64,000 nt of DNA. It comes from Antedon mediterranea. Lineage: Eukaryota > Animalia > Echinodermata. Each line of letters begins with the position of its first letter. The stretch's first letter is position 1. Both the position numbers and the translations under genes were made by a program. The notes beneath the pieces are model-generated. The model worked only from the letters and a program-made list of their open reading frames with translations. It was not told where the DNA came from and ran no database searches. This document shows, in pieces, positions 27,701 through 39,600 of this stretch. The stretch covers positions 17,502,871 to 17,566,870 of the forward strand of contig NC_092676.1 of NCBI RefSeq assembly GCF_964355755.1, written 5' to 3'.

Positions 27701-29549
27701 ATACATACTATTATGACGGAATGTTAATATACCGGTATTATAATAATACTGTACTGTACTTACATTGAAGTAACACTAGGAGAAAATGTTATATCTGTCA
27801 AATTATCAAAGTCCTGATTTAAAAGTTCACTGAAATAAACATTAATAATGGTAATTATATTGTTAAACAAAAAATCCTCTTATAAACAAAAAATCATAGA
27901 ATATATAGACTTATTCTTTTAAAAAATCCACATCTTAACCATTTAAAAATGCATTAATTTCCAGTATCTCGGGGTGGTTGAGAGTTAGCCAGTTAATTAA
28001 TGTAAACAAATATACATATAAAAACTAAGGTGTAAAAAACTGTTTGAATGAGAAATGCTGTTCGTGTATAAATGTATGAAAATGGTGTTACATATGTCTA
28101 TTAGTAAGCTACATGGTAACTGTTTATTTGTAATTATCAGCATTTCTACAGACTTAAAGTACCTTCACCCTTTTTCCATAATGTTTTTTCATATTTAACA
28201 AAATGGCACAGTCTTTGACGTGAATGTAGTTTAATTGAGTAAATTGGCATGCATTTCTTACACTTATTCTTATCTCTAGTGGATTCAAAGGTCTTGATAT
28301 AACTATTAGGAGTTAATTGTACCCTGATCTAATCATGGACAATTTATTATATTATGTGAAAGGTCTAGGTTTATCTTGATAATAATATTGAACTTAAAAT
28401 GTCAATCTTCACATTATATTGAGTCACTAAATGGTTTCAAAGGTCTTGAAACACACAATACAATACTTTTATAATATAATAATATATAATAGTACCAATA
28501 TATAATTGCAACATGACCAGTTATAAAACCCTTCATACACTAAATGTATAACTAACATTTACATTTTTTCTATTGACTTATTTGATATGAACCTTTTGGC
28601 AGTAAGATAATTACTAATTTATCTTTTTGTTTTCATCTTCTTTAGTAAAATCGTGTTATCTACTTACACTGTAGTTGCGGATGAGCAATCTACCGTCTGT
28701 GTGATAGAATCACATGTGCATCCACCACAAGTATTGGAACTGTATGTAGTCGATGATTTTCCATACCCTGTATTCCCATAGCTATTTGTGTTATCTGACC
28801 ATAGCCCTGTAAACATATCCGTTCCTGGCACAAATGATATTATTAAAAGTCAGTTATAGTAAAAAGATTATAATCATGCTCGTTGATATTACCCTATAAC
28901 CACCGGTAAGGTGCACCATATGAAAGGTTTTAGAACAGATAAAAAGCCATACAAAATCACAACGTGTGTGTGGTTAATTACTCCATGGACTAAGCCTATA
29001 TGCATTAAATGAGTAAAGATTTAGTTGAGAAAAGAATACAGAAAATATATACATTATTACTTCTAGTCTTGAAAGGGATTAAATAGAGAGAAGAACGACT
29101 AAAGAATTCGATGTTTTATTGAATTCTTTTATTGGCTTTAACTGTACTTTATTATCTATACATTTAACTTATTTAATGAATACATTTGCGATTACAAATT
29201 AATAATATTCCAGAATAACCCATCCAGACTCTTCATTAGAAAGAGGAAATATTAGATTAATATGGTTGTAGAACAGGAGTTGAGTAGAGTAGTACCCAGT
29301 AGAATATGAAAGAAGCATCAACATACAATACAATTTTGACTTTGAATTTGAATTTTGAATTTGTTGACTTGTTAAGTTATTTAAATTTCATTGCCTACCT
29401 GTTTCATATTCAGGATCTAAGCCACCTTCTGTGTTAGGATATCGATCATTCCAATAGTTTGCACCATCCCAGACACTACTAACTTTACCAACATAACTTA
29501 TTATTACAGCTAGTACAATAAAAACAATTTTGGTTTTCATTTTTTTCAT
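67..29549 (-). CDS. Mega-thrombospondin-like secreted ECM protein, paralogue A (5' complete, 3' end runs off the window start)
   Basis: 55 GT-AG exons join in one frame (sum 6753 nt = 2251 aa): 29399-29549, 28668-28824, 27764-27829, 25322-25390, 24862-24927, 24052-24126, 22949-23017, 22171-22320, 21802-21873, 21501-21572, 21144-21215, 20560-20730, 20069-20203, 19693-19842, 18741-18818, 17457-17594, 17003-17146, 16609-16824, 15950-16021, 15663-15737, 15445-15513, 15166-15234, 14642-14713, 14037-14111, 13547-13615, 12985-13125, 12312-12383, 11945-12016, 11517-11582, 11258-11332, 10502-10689, 9905-10022, 9240-9503, 8718-8933, 8182-8271, 7920-8092, 7517-7614, 7106-7337, 6818-6961, 6399-6568, 5982-6154, 5450-5667, 5060-5197, 4437-4606, 4178-4334, 3602-3765, 3368-3430, 3003-3105, 2684-2863, 2265-2401, 1782-1922, 1385-1459, 1125-1274, 649-753, 67-174. 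Every exon from 20203 downward has a same-phase counterpart in paralogue B. The LRR + cadherin + discoidin + EGF + TSP3 architecture matches mega-TSP. Confidence 0.88.
4178..5197 (-). CDS. Paralogue A F5/8 type C (discoidin) domain
   Basis: [21 protein letters not shown]...GRL...GWVA...PWFQVDM...GVVTQG...WVTQF...[15 protein letters not shown]...[23 protein letters not shown]. Confidence 0.92.
5450..7230 (-). CDS. Paralogue A two cadherin-like repeats
   Basis: [57 protein letters not shown] and AIDGGTPP motifs. Confidence 0.85.
7250..8933 (-). CDS. Paralogue A PA14 / fibro-slime (Psi-like) domain
   Basis: [10 protein letters not shown]...FSEWFRD...YFPVDGLGY...[39 protein letters not shown]...[20 protein letters not shown] follows, in order, the fibro-slime motifs DF..HPDF, F..W, FFPID, HNFHFT, GDDD.WVFIN and Y.FD.F.AER...S.F. 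Confidence 0.8.
9240..10022 (-). CDS. Paralogue A FN3-like domain
   Basis: [21 protein letters not shown]...WSYTVICT...[25 protein letters not shown] has the FN3 W..P, Y.V and Y...V.A..G.S..S pattern. Confidence 0.65.
10502..28824 (-). CDS. Paralogue A LRR solenoid: LRRNT, about 35-37 LRRs, LRRCT
   Basis: Cap [16 protein letters not shown]. Phase-2 exons of 66-78 nt or multiples encode LxLxxNxI repeats (e.g. [39 protein letters not shown]). C-cap [12 protein letters not shown]...[12 protein letters not shown]...FQC. Confidence 0.9.
17711..18390 (-). mobile_element. 5'-truncated LINE (Rex1/Babar-CR1-like RT C-terminus)
   Basis: [20 protein letters not shown]...[14 protein letters not shown]...[10 protein letters not shown]...[10 protein letters not shown]...RKSFV; 3' tail of (TTGAATC)n repeats at about 17711-17735. 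Absent from the equivalent intron of B. Confidence 0.85.
19350..19558. mobile_element. MITE with TTAA target duplication (Kolobok-like ends)
   Basis: TTAA|AGATGTATTGTCCCC ... GGGGACAATACAGCT|TTAA. Confidence 0.8.
23505..23690 (+). mobile_element. Degenerate LINE RT 3' remnant (same type as 17711-18390)
   Basis: Broken frames read [18 protein letters not shown] and [10 protein letters not shown]. Confidence 0.55.
25551..26294. mobile_element. Non-autonomous TIR element with TGT...ACA ends and 5-bp TSD (Ginger/TDD-like)
   Basis: TTAGT|TGTTACTGCAGTTTGCAT ... ATGCAAACTGCAGTAACA|TTAGT; imperfect inverted repeat continues about 75-100 bp inward. Confidence 0.75.
26321..26500. mobile_element. Palindromic MITE (PIF/Harbinger-like)
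   Basis: TAA|AGCTTGGTTCCCACTAG..ACGCAAGGACGTAA ... TTACGTCCTTGCGT..CTAGTGGGAACCAAGC, followed by ATTAA. Confidence 0.8.
26754..27114. mobile_element. MITE with 14-bp perfect TIRs and an internal inverted repeat
   Basis: AAGCCCATTTACAC ... GTGTAAATGGGCTT; internal ATTAAATAAAATTTCTTTTTGA / TCAAAAAGAAATTTTATTTAAT. Confidence 0.75.
29399..29549 (-). CDS. Paralogue A first coding exon with signal peptide
   Basis: Translates [50 protein letters not shown]: basic n-region, hydrophobic h-region, small residues at the likely cleavage site. Donor G|GTAGG at 29398. A good acceptor (ttatcttctag) at 29596-29597 implies an upstream 5'UTR exon that I could not locate. Confidence 0.8.
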
Positions 29550-30431
29550 TATTTGAATTCACAAAATGTTATTGAAACTTCAATAATTGGAAAGCTAGAA
29601 GATAAAATTAATTCACATTATAATTAAAATAAGTTTTATTTTACGTGAGACAGACCTATATCAAATTAAGTCAGGGTGGGTAAAACATTATTTCGGTAAA
29701 TTATAAAAAATAAATTCCGAAAAAGTAAGTAATCTCTTAAGCAGGCATACCATTTTATAGAGTCATCATTATAATATAGACCAAATATCTGAACTAAAAA
29801 AAAATGATTGAAACTTGTCTTGTCTTAATAGTATCAATTATAAAAATGTTTGCTAGCTGTAGAATGTGCAAAATCCAAGATGTTCACTGTTACTGTACCG
29901 TTTACTACTTTGCAAAATAATGTGGGACTTAACCTTAACTTTAAAAAGTAGCTTAAGGAGATCGGAATTCAAAACGTTGACAAACAGTAAACACCGTTTT
30001 AGTAGCAAGAACAAACATAAAACATGTAAAAAATACTTTACAAACAATCATCTTTAAAAGGGCACTCAACCCTTACACACATTTTATTTTCAAACTTGTT
30101 TATAAAATATTTAAACTGAAATTACATTGCTTAGAAACGTGAATAAACGGCATTGACTATGCACGAGTATATGTTTGCACCGAATAAATCCTTAACGGTA
30201 TATCAATAGATAAAAGAGACTTAGTAAATACAACAAGCTGGTGTGTACACAAGCTATTATAAAAAGCATGAAGAACCTTTAAGTACGCAAATACAGATCT
30301 ATTGACTACTATATACAATAGTATTTAATCAAGATATTCATATTGAGAAATCTAATAATAATATTGCAATTGAAGATATCAATGCAAACAAGTCATAGAT
30401 TAAATTACATATGATGATTGTTCAATCAAAA

Positions 30432-31215
30432 TCTACCTATCTATCTAACTATATTTTCCTTTAATATGTTGTCAGCATTCATTATAACGTTGCTAACGTT
30501 TTCCGTCTTCCGACATTACGCTTTCCACAATTTGTTTCCATTTTTTTCTGTTTATGGCAGGATGGTTTGTTATTGTGTTAGTGTCTACTAGTCCTTGTAA
30601 GTCTTTCTTTATTTGATTCATCCAGTTATTTCTTGGTCTTCCTACTGGTCGTTTTACTTTCCTGTTAGTTTCCTTCATTGTTTGTTTGATTGGGGTATCA
30701 TCCGGTAATCTAATTATGTGTCCATACCATTTTAGTCTCCTTCGTTTAATTCTTTTACTCCATTCTTCTTGTTTTGTTATCTTGTACATTTTCGTGTTAC
30801 ACACTCTATCTGTTAATTTAATATCTATCATCTTTCGCAACATTTTCCTGTGATATATATCTATACTCTCTTGTAATTTTTTGTTTAGTACCCAGAGTTC
30901 ACTGTTGTATAAGAAAATACTTGCTATGTATGCGTCAAACAAACGGGATTTCACGTCTATAGACATCGTTTTGTGTTCTAGCGACGACTTCAGCTTGTTA
31001 TATGCCATAGCTGCTAGTGATTTTCTTTTTTTAATGTCTTTTTCTGTGTCCAAGTTACTACCGAGGTATTTGCATTCTTCCCATTTACTATCGGTGTTTC
31101 TTCCTATTAGGTATTCTTCTGTTTTACTTTCGTTTATCTTTAGATTGAATTTCTCTGTTACATTTTTCTTTATTTTAGTTATGTGTTCTTTTGAGTCGCT
31201 AATAAATATAAATAC
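30432..31215 (-). mobile_element. 5'-truncated RTE-type LINE fragment
   Basis: NLKINESKTE...CKYLGS...DIKKRK...SIFLYNSELW...RRRLKWYGHIIRLPDDTP...RPVGRPRNNW; (TAGA)n-like tail at about 30432-30450. Confidence 0.85.
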
Positions 31216-31609
31216 CTATTGAATCTTTTTTGGACACATGATTTGTTAATTTTCAATAACAGAAACTATTTTTGCTCATTAGAAAGGACTTTAAAAAATG
31301 GTAACTATTACTGGTGAAAACACATGCACAGTTATTTGCCCATGTTAAGTGCTGTTTATTGGTTTTAGTTGGGTTAAGTTTAATTCTTTCATTTGAAAAC
31401 AGACTATCAAATAAAGTAAGGCGAGATTTCAATTATATTTTTAAGCAGCTTTAAACAGTAAAGCTGGTTCCTACTTAATCGACAACAAATCAACATGTAC
31501 TGTATTTAATATGGACTTAAAATTGCTTCTACTTGGTCTCAATAATTGTATCCTGAAATTCTGTTTTTATGATTTACACAATAGGTACTAACAACAGCAA
31601 ACAGGATCC

Positions 31610-31760
31610 TTCGTATTATGTACGGCGAGCTTGCTGAGGGCACCCGTCATGGAGGTGTTCAAAAGCTACGTGTTAAAGATATGATCTAACGTCATCTCAA
31701 AGCCACACATATCAATGTTGAAACCTCGGAAGAACTAGTTTAAAATCGCAAGCAATAGTT
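31610..31760 (+). mobile_element. Decayed RTE LINE 3' remnant
   Basis: RIMYGELAEGTRHGGVQKLRVKDMI*RHLKATHINVETSEELV*NRKQ* matches the RTE RT C-terminal LYGEL..G.R..G..K.R.KD motif, with in-frame stops. Confidence 0.65.
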
Positions 31761-33847
31761 GCTATCGAATAATTGGCAATTTTGACCATATTTGTGCACA
31801 CTTTGCAAGCTCCTTTCGCAACTAAAGGGGATTAATTTTGTATGTTCGGCTGAAAGTGATATACCTACCATAGTCATCATTGGACACGATGTTCAGCAAA
31901 AGAAGAGGAGACTAACAATGAATAAATGATTGGCAATGACAATAAACGTCTAATTAAATTTGTTTTTATTATTTTCTGATAAAAAAAAATCCCCGTAAGA
32001 ACTGTCTTTTAACTTTTGATTTGCTGTTATACATAATATACTGGAAGTATTGATTAAAATGCAAGTTTGTCCAAAACTGTTTCTCTGCCTGTTCATATGG
32101 ATTATGTTGTTTTGTTAAGACCCTCCATTGTGTGCAATTAAGTCACCAGCAATAGGCTTGTATACAATCAATCAATGCGGTCCTTCAAACATGAATGACT
32201 TAGTTGCAGAAACTAATTATACGTGCTTCAAAGCAATCAATATTGTATACAATGAATGTTTTCTTATGAGCACTTTGTATCTGTTATTCTCACATGTTAA
32301 TTGATTAAATGGGTCCTTCATAGAATGCAAGTAGCCATTATCCTTGATCATGAGTATATATACTTAATTAAGCTAATTTTGAAATATGAGTGTGCCCTTT
32401 AAAAATTCAAAGGAAGCCCATTTTTTACTAATATCTATAGTAACATATTATTATGGAGTTATCCTATAGTTTAAGCTAAAAGCTTGCACAATGAAGCAGA
32501 GGAACACAATAACCATTTAAATTGAATACAATGCAATACGTAAATATATACGTACACATACAGTACAATCATCATTTTAAGTTACTTTTTTTTTAATTAC
32601 TAAACCAATGTATAGCCCAGTCTACGCTAAATCAAATATCACAGCGGATCAGATCCTGTGGATTCATTGAGAAAACTCTTATTTTAAGATGGCAAACCCG
32701 TAAATTGCGTAATGTTAAAACTATAACAAAAATACAAAAAAAAACCCTAAAAATTAGGTTGCTTGTTTCGGTTGCAAGGTATACAATGTGTATCTTTCCT
32801 ATTGACAAAAATGGTCCTACACACCAAGTGACCACTTTATGGACCTTCTAAAATAGCGAGATCCTATCCTCTCACACTGCCTACCAAGGAGAATGTACTG
32901 CTATCTAACCTTTGTGACGACAAATAGGCCTACATTTCTTTTGTTTAATTTTGAAATAATTTCAAAAGAGATGTCAAAATCTTAGTTAATTTACTTACAA
33001 ATGCTGCCTCATGCATGTTTATGAGAAAACACAAAAAACACCCCAGAACAGACGCTTTCCTACACTGTATGACGATCAATGACGACGTGTGTTATTGAAA
33101 AAAAAACTGTTTCAGCTGAAACAAGATCTACGCATTCAATCGGTGCTTCGCAGTGAATAATTCTTAATTAATTCATTCATTCTATCTATATTATATTACC
33201 GTTCTTTGTTACTTACAAATCTTCTATATTTATGTACTATTTCCATTAGAATCAGAATCTGCTGTTACAAGAATAGCCTCTCTGTTGTACAACTGAGCCA
33301 AGCAGACCAATTGAATTGAAACAACAGTATTCCAGATATGAGTGTTAGTGTAGATACCGGTATACCAATAGACGTTGTTCAATTGTTGTTTATATAGTAA
33401 TCTGTGGGATCCCAGGTAATACAATGCAACTATTCAAGTACAATGGTACCTATTCAATTTAATAAGTTGATTTGTTTTATGACGATATTCTACTGTAAGA
33501 ACCATAACGACAGACCACCAAAGCAGTGGTGGCGCCATGGTACACAAAAGAAAATCATTGTGAATCACGGAAGCAACAGCAATCATTTCATAAAAGTAAT
33601 ATACAGTCTGATGGCTTAATAATGATTAAACAAAGTTTTGTGTAGCTAAAATTACTTTTGTTGTTGACATAATAATAATGTACATATTATGTCATACATA
33701 TAAACATAATTCTATTTACAGCAAATGATGTATTAATATCCATGGTTACAAACATGTATTATATACAGATTTGTTCATGTGCGCCTTTATCTCTTCTTCC
33801 TTCTGATGTTCCTTAGCTAGGAGGTAGACATTATTTTAATTATAAAA

Positions 33848-33857
33848 TTTATTTATT
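33848..33857 (-). promoter_or_regulatory. Candidate polyadenylation signal(s) of paralogue B
   Basis: Overlapping AATAAA hexamers on the minus strand about 200 nt after the stop. The context is AT-rich, so this is weak evidence. Confidence 0.3.
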
Positions 33858-34055
33858 TTGTTTCCAATGATATGGTCATTTTAAAACCTCAATATTATAC
33901 ACATAATATCAATACACTATAGCATTTTTTTTCTGCAAAATGTGGATAAAATAAACATCACTGGAAGCTCAGGAATGTAAACATTATTTTTACTAAAAAT
34001 TTGCCTGAAAATTAATTTACTGTAATTCCAATAGTCAAGATACAGTAATCAACTA

Positions 34056-36565
34056 TCACAATTCTGAATGATCATAATACAAGCTTCGTCTTCGTCTTCT
34101 TCGTGCGTCAGGATACGTAACTTGGAACCGTGCTTGATCTAATGAACTGGAGACAAATAATGCACTACCCTTCACAACACCATGGTGACCGTATAGACCT
34201 TGATCTAGTATCAAAGTTGATCCTAAAAGAATAAAGTGATTTATTGTGTTTGTTTATGTTTTCCACATTCTAAAGTTCTGAACATACGGGGTGTACCGCA
34301 AACTGTATATTACATTATTATTTTTCCCCAAAATATAATTATTAATAATATCATTATTGGTATCTGCTGATGTTTTTTAACGACATATGAATTCGTACTG
34401 TACTTTACTCATTTGAAAAATCGCATAGAAATAGCAGCATTCTTTCCAAGATACAAATTAACATCATAGGATTCTTCTGATGAAGACATGTGTAACGTTT
34501 CGAAAATACAAGGTATGTTGAATTGTGTGTTGTAATGCTGTAAGTTCGTTTAAAAAACATTTTATATTTTTACCAGTATGTATGAACTTTCACTCGAAAG
34601 ATACAACATATTAAAAACATACCTTCTTCTTCATTGTCGAGTGAATAGTGAGCTTCCAGCAGTTTCTTATGTCTTTGTCGCTCTAACCCTGCTAATTCCA
34701 AATGCTCGTTTATTTCACTGTCAATTAAAGCCAGTCCCCAGATCCTTATCTGTAATAGTGAAACCTTGACAATAAATTTCATTATAATAATGATTTCCAA
34801 AAAAAAAAATAGTTTGACTGAGTATTTATTATATTTAGTATTTCATTGAAAACTGATTAAGACTTACCTCATCCATAATTCCATTAAAAAAAGTAGAATT
34901 ATCTCGCCCTAAGTACAACATGGTTTCATTTTCAGAATATGATGTCTTTAAAGAAAATATTATAAACAAAAAATAAAAGTATGAATAATACTGTAATATG
35001 AATTGTAAGATGTTTAAATGTCATTTCTATTTAAAGATATATTGTATCATAAGAAAATTACAAATTAAGATTAATAAAAAAAGACTTTTAATAGGCTATT
35101 CAGTAGTTTTTATCAAGTTAATAACTATCACTAAAATCATTTTTTAATTCTATTATGTGATATTAAAATGACATATTCAACAACATCTAAACATTTTTTT
35201 GTTTTAGGACAATCCCAATCAAACAAACAATGAAGGAAACTAACAGGAAAGTAAAACGACCCGTAGGAAGATCAAGAAATAACTGGATGAATCAAATAAA
35301 GAAAGACTTACAAGGAAATGTAGACACTAACACAATAACAAACCCTCCCGCTATAAACAGACAAAAATGGAGAAAAAAATTGGGGAAAGCGTAATGTCGG
35401 AAGACGGAAAACGTTAAGAAGAGAAAAGGACAATGTATATCTTTAACATTATAACACAATGAAAAGACAGATCAAATCAACTAGGAACGTATACTCAGAA
35501 CCGATAGTATAAAATGTAACGGTAAAAGGTAATTTTTCAATTACTGATGGCCCTGGAATTATTAAAGAATACATATTGTTCTTTCGTTTGTTGAAAATAT
35601 GGCTTACCCATGTGACAGGACTAATATTTTCAAGAAAAGCCTCTGTGCCTGACGTGGTTCCATTTAGAAATAACGACAACTCATGATCTATAAGAAAACA
35701 AAGACATTTCTAAGATTTGTAATTAATGCTATAATCTTGTAATATTGCATTACTGTATAAGTACAGGTAAATACTGGACTACAGAGTACAGTACGTAGTT
35801 GTACCTGCATAAACTTACTTTGTGCATCATATCTCATTGCAACATGTGTCCAAACATTTTCTCCAATTACTGTTGCTCCATCCGATAAAACAGTGCCTCC
35901 AAGTTGAGCAACAGTTTTTCTGTAAAAAAAAAAGATAAGACAGTATCCAGACTTTGATTATGTTATAAGCATTAATTGTATCATTCAGTTTTTCTGTCTA
36001 TTTATCCCATACTGTTTTCATTGCTGCTGTTAGATAAATTTTAAGATAAGATAAATTTATTGAACGAACGCTTTTGTATCAGCGGCACACGTTTATAAGA
36101 CGGTGCGTTCATTTACAAGGCAATGTAAAAACAAAAAGAAAAGTATCAAAAAATAACATTTAAGTCTTAACTAAGAAGCGAATTATACAAGTAAAATGAA
36201 ATTAGTAAAAACAAGGTAATCTTACATATCGAACAATACTTAACCTATATGATGGAGTTAATGTTATTATCTATTTATTATCAGTATTATTAATATTTTC
36301 AAGTTTTAAGCGAATATATTATCATTATTATTACTAAAAAAATATATATATATATATATAATTGCTAATTGATTTATTATACTGTTATTATTAAAATAAA
36401 TGCAACTTTTATATGATTATTTGTTCTTATTATATTTAATATTAATAGTTATTTGTAATTTAATTAAATGTGATACAATTTTTATTATACTATTTAGTCT
36501 TATTTTTAGTACTGTATTATTTATTTATTTTATTTAGATTTAGGTTACATTATATAATTTTGAAG

Positions 36566-36601
<36 letters not shown>

Positions 36602-39600
36602 TATAAAAATATAATATATTATTGAATTAGATAAATGGTAAAATAATGTTAGTAGATAATATGGTGGGCGGTAAATATTTATATATTATATATTAAGTGT
36701 AGTCTTTCTATGTCTCCATGCAGCAGTTAAGTATTGTTTACAGTGATAGTCTACAATTTCACCGACTAGATGGTACGCTCGCTTCGCTCGCGTACCATCT
36801 AGGTCGTGCCCACAGATGGTTCTCGAATACACAGTAATTTCAGCGTAACAAAACTGGCGATTTCAAATGTACGTACCGCAGGACTATAGGCCTATACATT
36901 GTCGTTTACAGAAACGAATAAATAGACACGATGATTTATGTAGTCAACTAAAATTAGCACCCTGGGAATTACTTCCGAAGGAGAAACTTATCACAAAATG
37001 AGTCCAAGTTTTTGATTTGAACTCATTTAAAGAAACCCAATTTGTGTTTTGTATGTAACATTAGGGTTGAGGGATGGGAAAGCGGATAGTTACAAAGAGG
37101 AACAATTTTTAAATATATTCTTTATCCACTCAGTAACGAAATATTTTTTTCATGTTTTATAGGCCTATAAATAATATACCTCTAAATACAGTAAAACATT
37201 TGCGATTTAATACTTTTTTTATTTTATTTATTTATTTATTTATTTATTTTAAATATTCATTGTACACTAATTTTCCCCGTGTATGGCAAGAGATTCCTAA
37301 TTATATTAGAGAACATTCTTTATTTAGTTTAGTTAAAACTGTCACTGTCATAATCGATTGAAATATTAAAGTACCATGTCACGATACACCACTACGACGT
37401 TTATATTTGGTAATTATTAATTAATACAAACGTTGAGAAAGAACTGTCAGTATAAAGTTTATTTGTATATAATAATGTGTTTATATATCTAACAGTAGAG
37501 CCTATCCACAATCTCGCAAGTTTATTCTCAAAGGGCCCATATATTTACCTACCGTATGTGTTAAACCAAGGGCTCATAAATTTACCTACAGTACTTGTGT
37601 TAAACCAAACTCTGGCAGACTGAGAGATTGGGATGTTCCATTCATCGCAAATCAATAGATTTGTATAATCGTATATTAAATCTATCAAAATAGTATTTTT
37701 TAAAGAAAATCGGCCTGTCTTCAACATTATGATGGTGTACTCTAGCTGTTCAACCGGTTTTCAGCTATTAAAAACAATTATCGTAGGAGGAGATAGGAAA
37801 ATGCGAAGCCTCCTCGCATTTTTGTGGCGGGTATTTTTCAAGATGGACATCCATTAGACAGTGTATACCACGATCGGAAAACACCCCTATTTGGGGCAAA
37901 TCTTGGAACCTAAATTCGTTTTAACCGTCAATAACTTATTATCTAACTTAATTTAATTAGTAAACAGGGTTACATCAGGTGGTTAAAATCAGTACCGAAA
38001 GTACGAACCAACTTTATATACCATCGAGTAAAAATTCTAGAAGTAAGGCGCGATTTACCGAATTTTGCCCTTACGTAAATTTATATATAGACTAGATGGT
38101 ACGCTCGCTTCGCTCGCGTACCATCTAGGTCGTGCCCACATGGTTCTCGAATACATAGTAATTTCAGCGTAAAAAAACAGGCGATTTCAAAATGTAGGCC
38201 TACGTACCGCATGACTATAAAACATTTATTTATGTATTTATGTAGTCAACCAAAATTAGCACCGTGCGAATTACTTCCAAAAGAGAAACTTCTCACAAAA
38301 TGAGTTCAAATGTTTCATTTGGACTCATTTAAACAAACCCAATTTGTATTTTGTATCTAACATTATTGAGGGTTGGGGTTTTTTTTTTAATAGGCCTGTA
38401 AATAACATAACACTAAATAGAGTAAAACATTTCCGATTTAATAACTGTTAAAATTGTCACTGTCATAGTCGATTGAAATAGTAAAGTACATGTAACGATA
38501 CACCACCACGACGTTTATATTTTTTTGTAATTATTAATTAATACAAACGTTGAGAAGCAACTGTCAGTAATAAAGTATTATATTATTATGTGTTTATAAT
38601 CTAAAAGTAGGGGCTACCCACACTCACAGTAATAAAGTTTATTAGTATATTTGTTTATATTATAATAAACAGTAGGCCTACCAACGCACACAATAAGAAA
38701 TTTGCGATTCAAATGGCTATCAAAAGTGGTTAATACCTATCAAAAGTGGTTAATACCTATTTACAGTATTGTATAGCTTTACAATACTATTTATGTTTAT
38801 TCTCAAAGGGCCCATAAATTGACCTACTTGTGTTAAATCATGGAGGTATGCAAGCATGGTTAAACCAAATAATTTGGAATGTTCCATTCATCGCAAATCA
38901 ATACATTTGTATAAACGTATATTAAATCTATCAAAATAGTATTTTTTAAAGAAAATCGGCCTGTCTTCAACATTATGATACTCTACTCGAGCTGTTCAAC
39001 CGGTTTTCAGCTATTAAAAACAATTATCGTAGGAGGAGATAGGAAAATGCAAAGTATCCTCGTATTATTGTGTACAGGTATTTTTCATGAGGACATCCAT
39101 TAGACAGTGTATACCACGATCGGAAAACACCCCTATTTGGGGCAAATGGTTGAACCTAAATTCGTTTTAATCGTCAATAACTAATTATCTAACTAAATTT
39201 AATTAGTATACAGGGTTACATCAGGTGGTTAAAATCAGTACCGAGATTATAACCAACTTTATATACCATCGAGTACACATTCTAGAAATAACGCGCGATT
39301 TACCGAATTTTGCCCTTACGTAAATTTATATATAGATTCTCTCAAATGGAAATTCTAAATAAAGGTCATCAAGTAAAATATGATGTTGGTATTCGATTGT
39401 ACCACTTCTAAAATTCTCCCAGAATGTATCATAACCACAATACAATAAATCCATTTTTAGTAAGTTAAAATGTGTTTCTCTTACATTTTTAAGGTTTGAA
39501 CATTCAAGTAGAAAATGGTCTGTAGTTTCAATTAACTGATTGTTGCATAGCTTGCAAAAACCAGTCTCATTTTCTGACCATGTATTTTTTCTACCTTCTA

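Noticed and set aside
29596-33800. Promoter and non-coding first exon of paralogue A
   Set aside because: Probably lies here, but no motif can be told apart from AT-rich background without transcript data.
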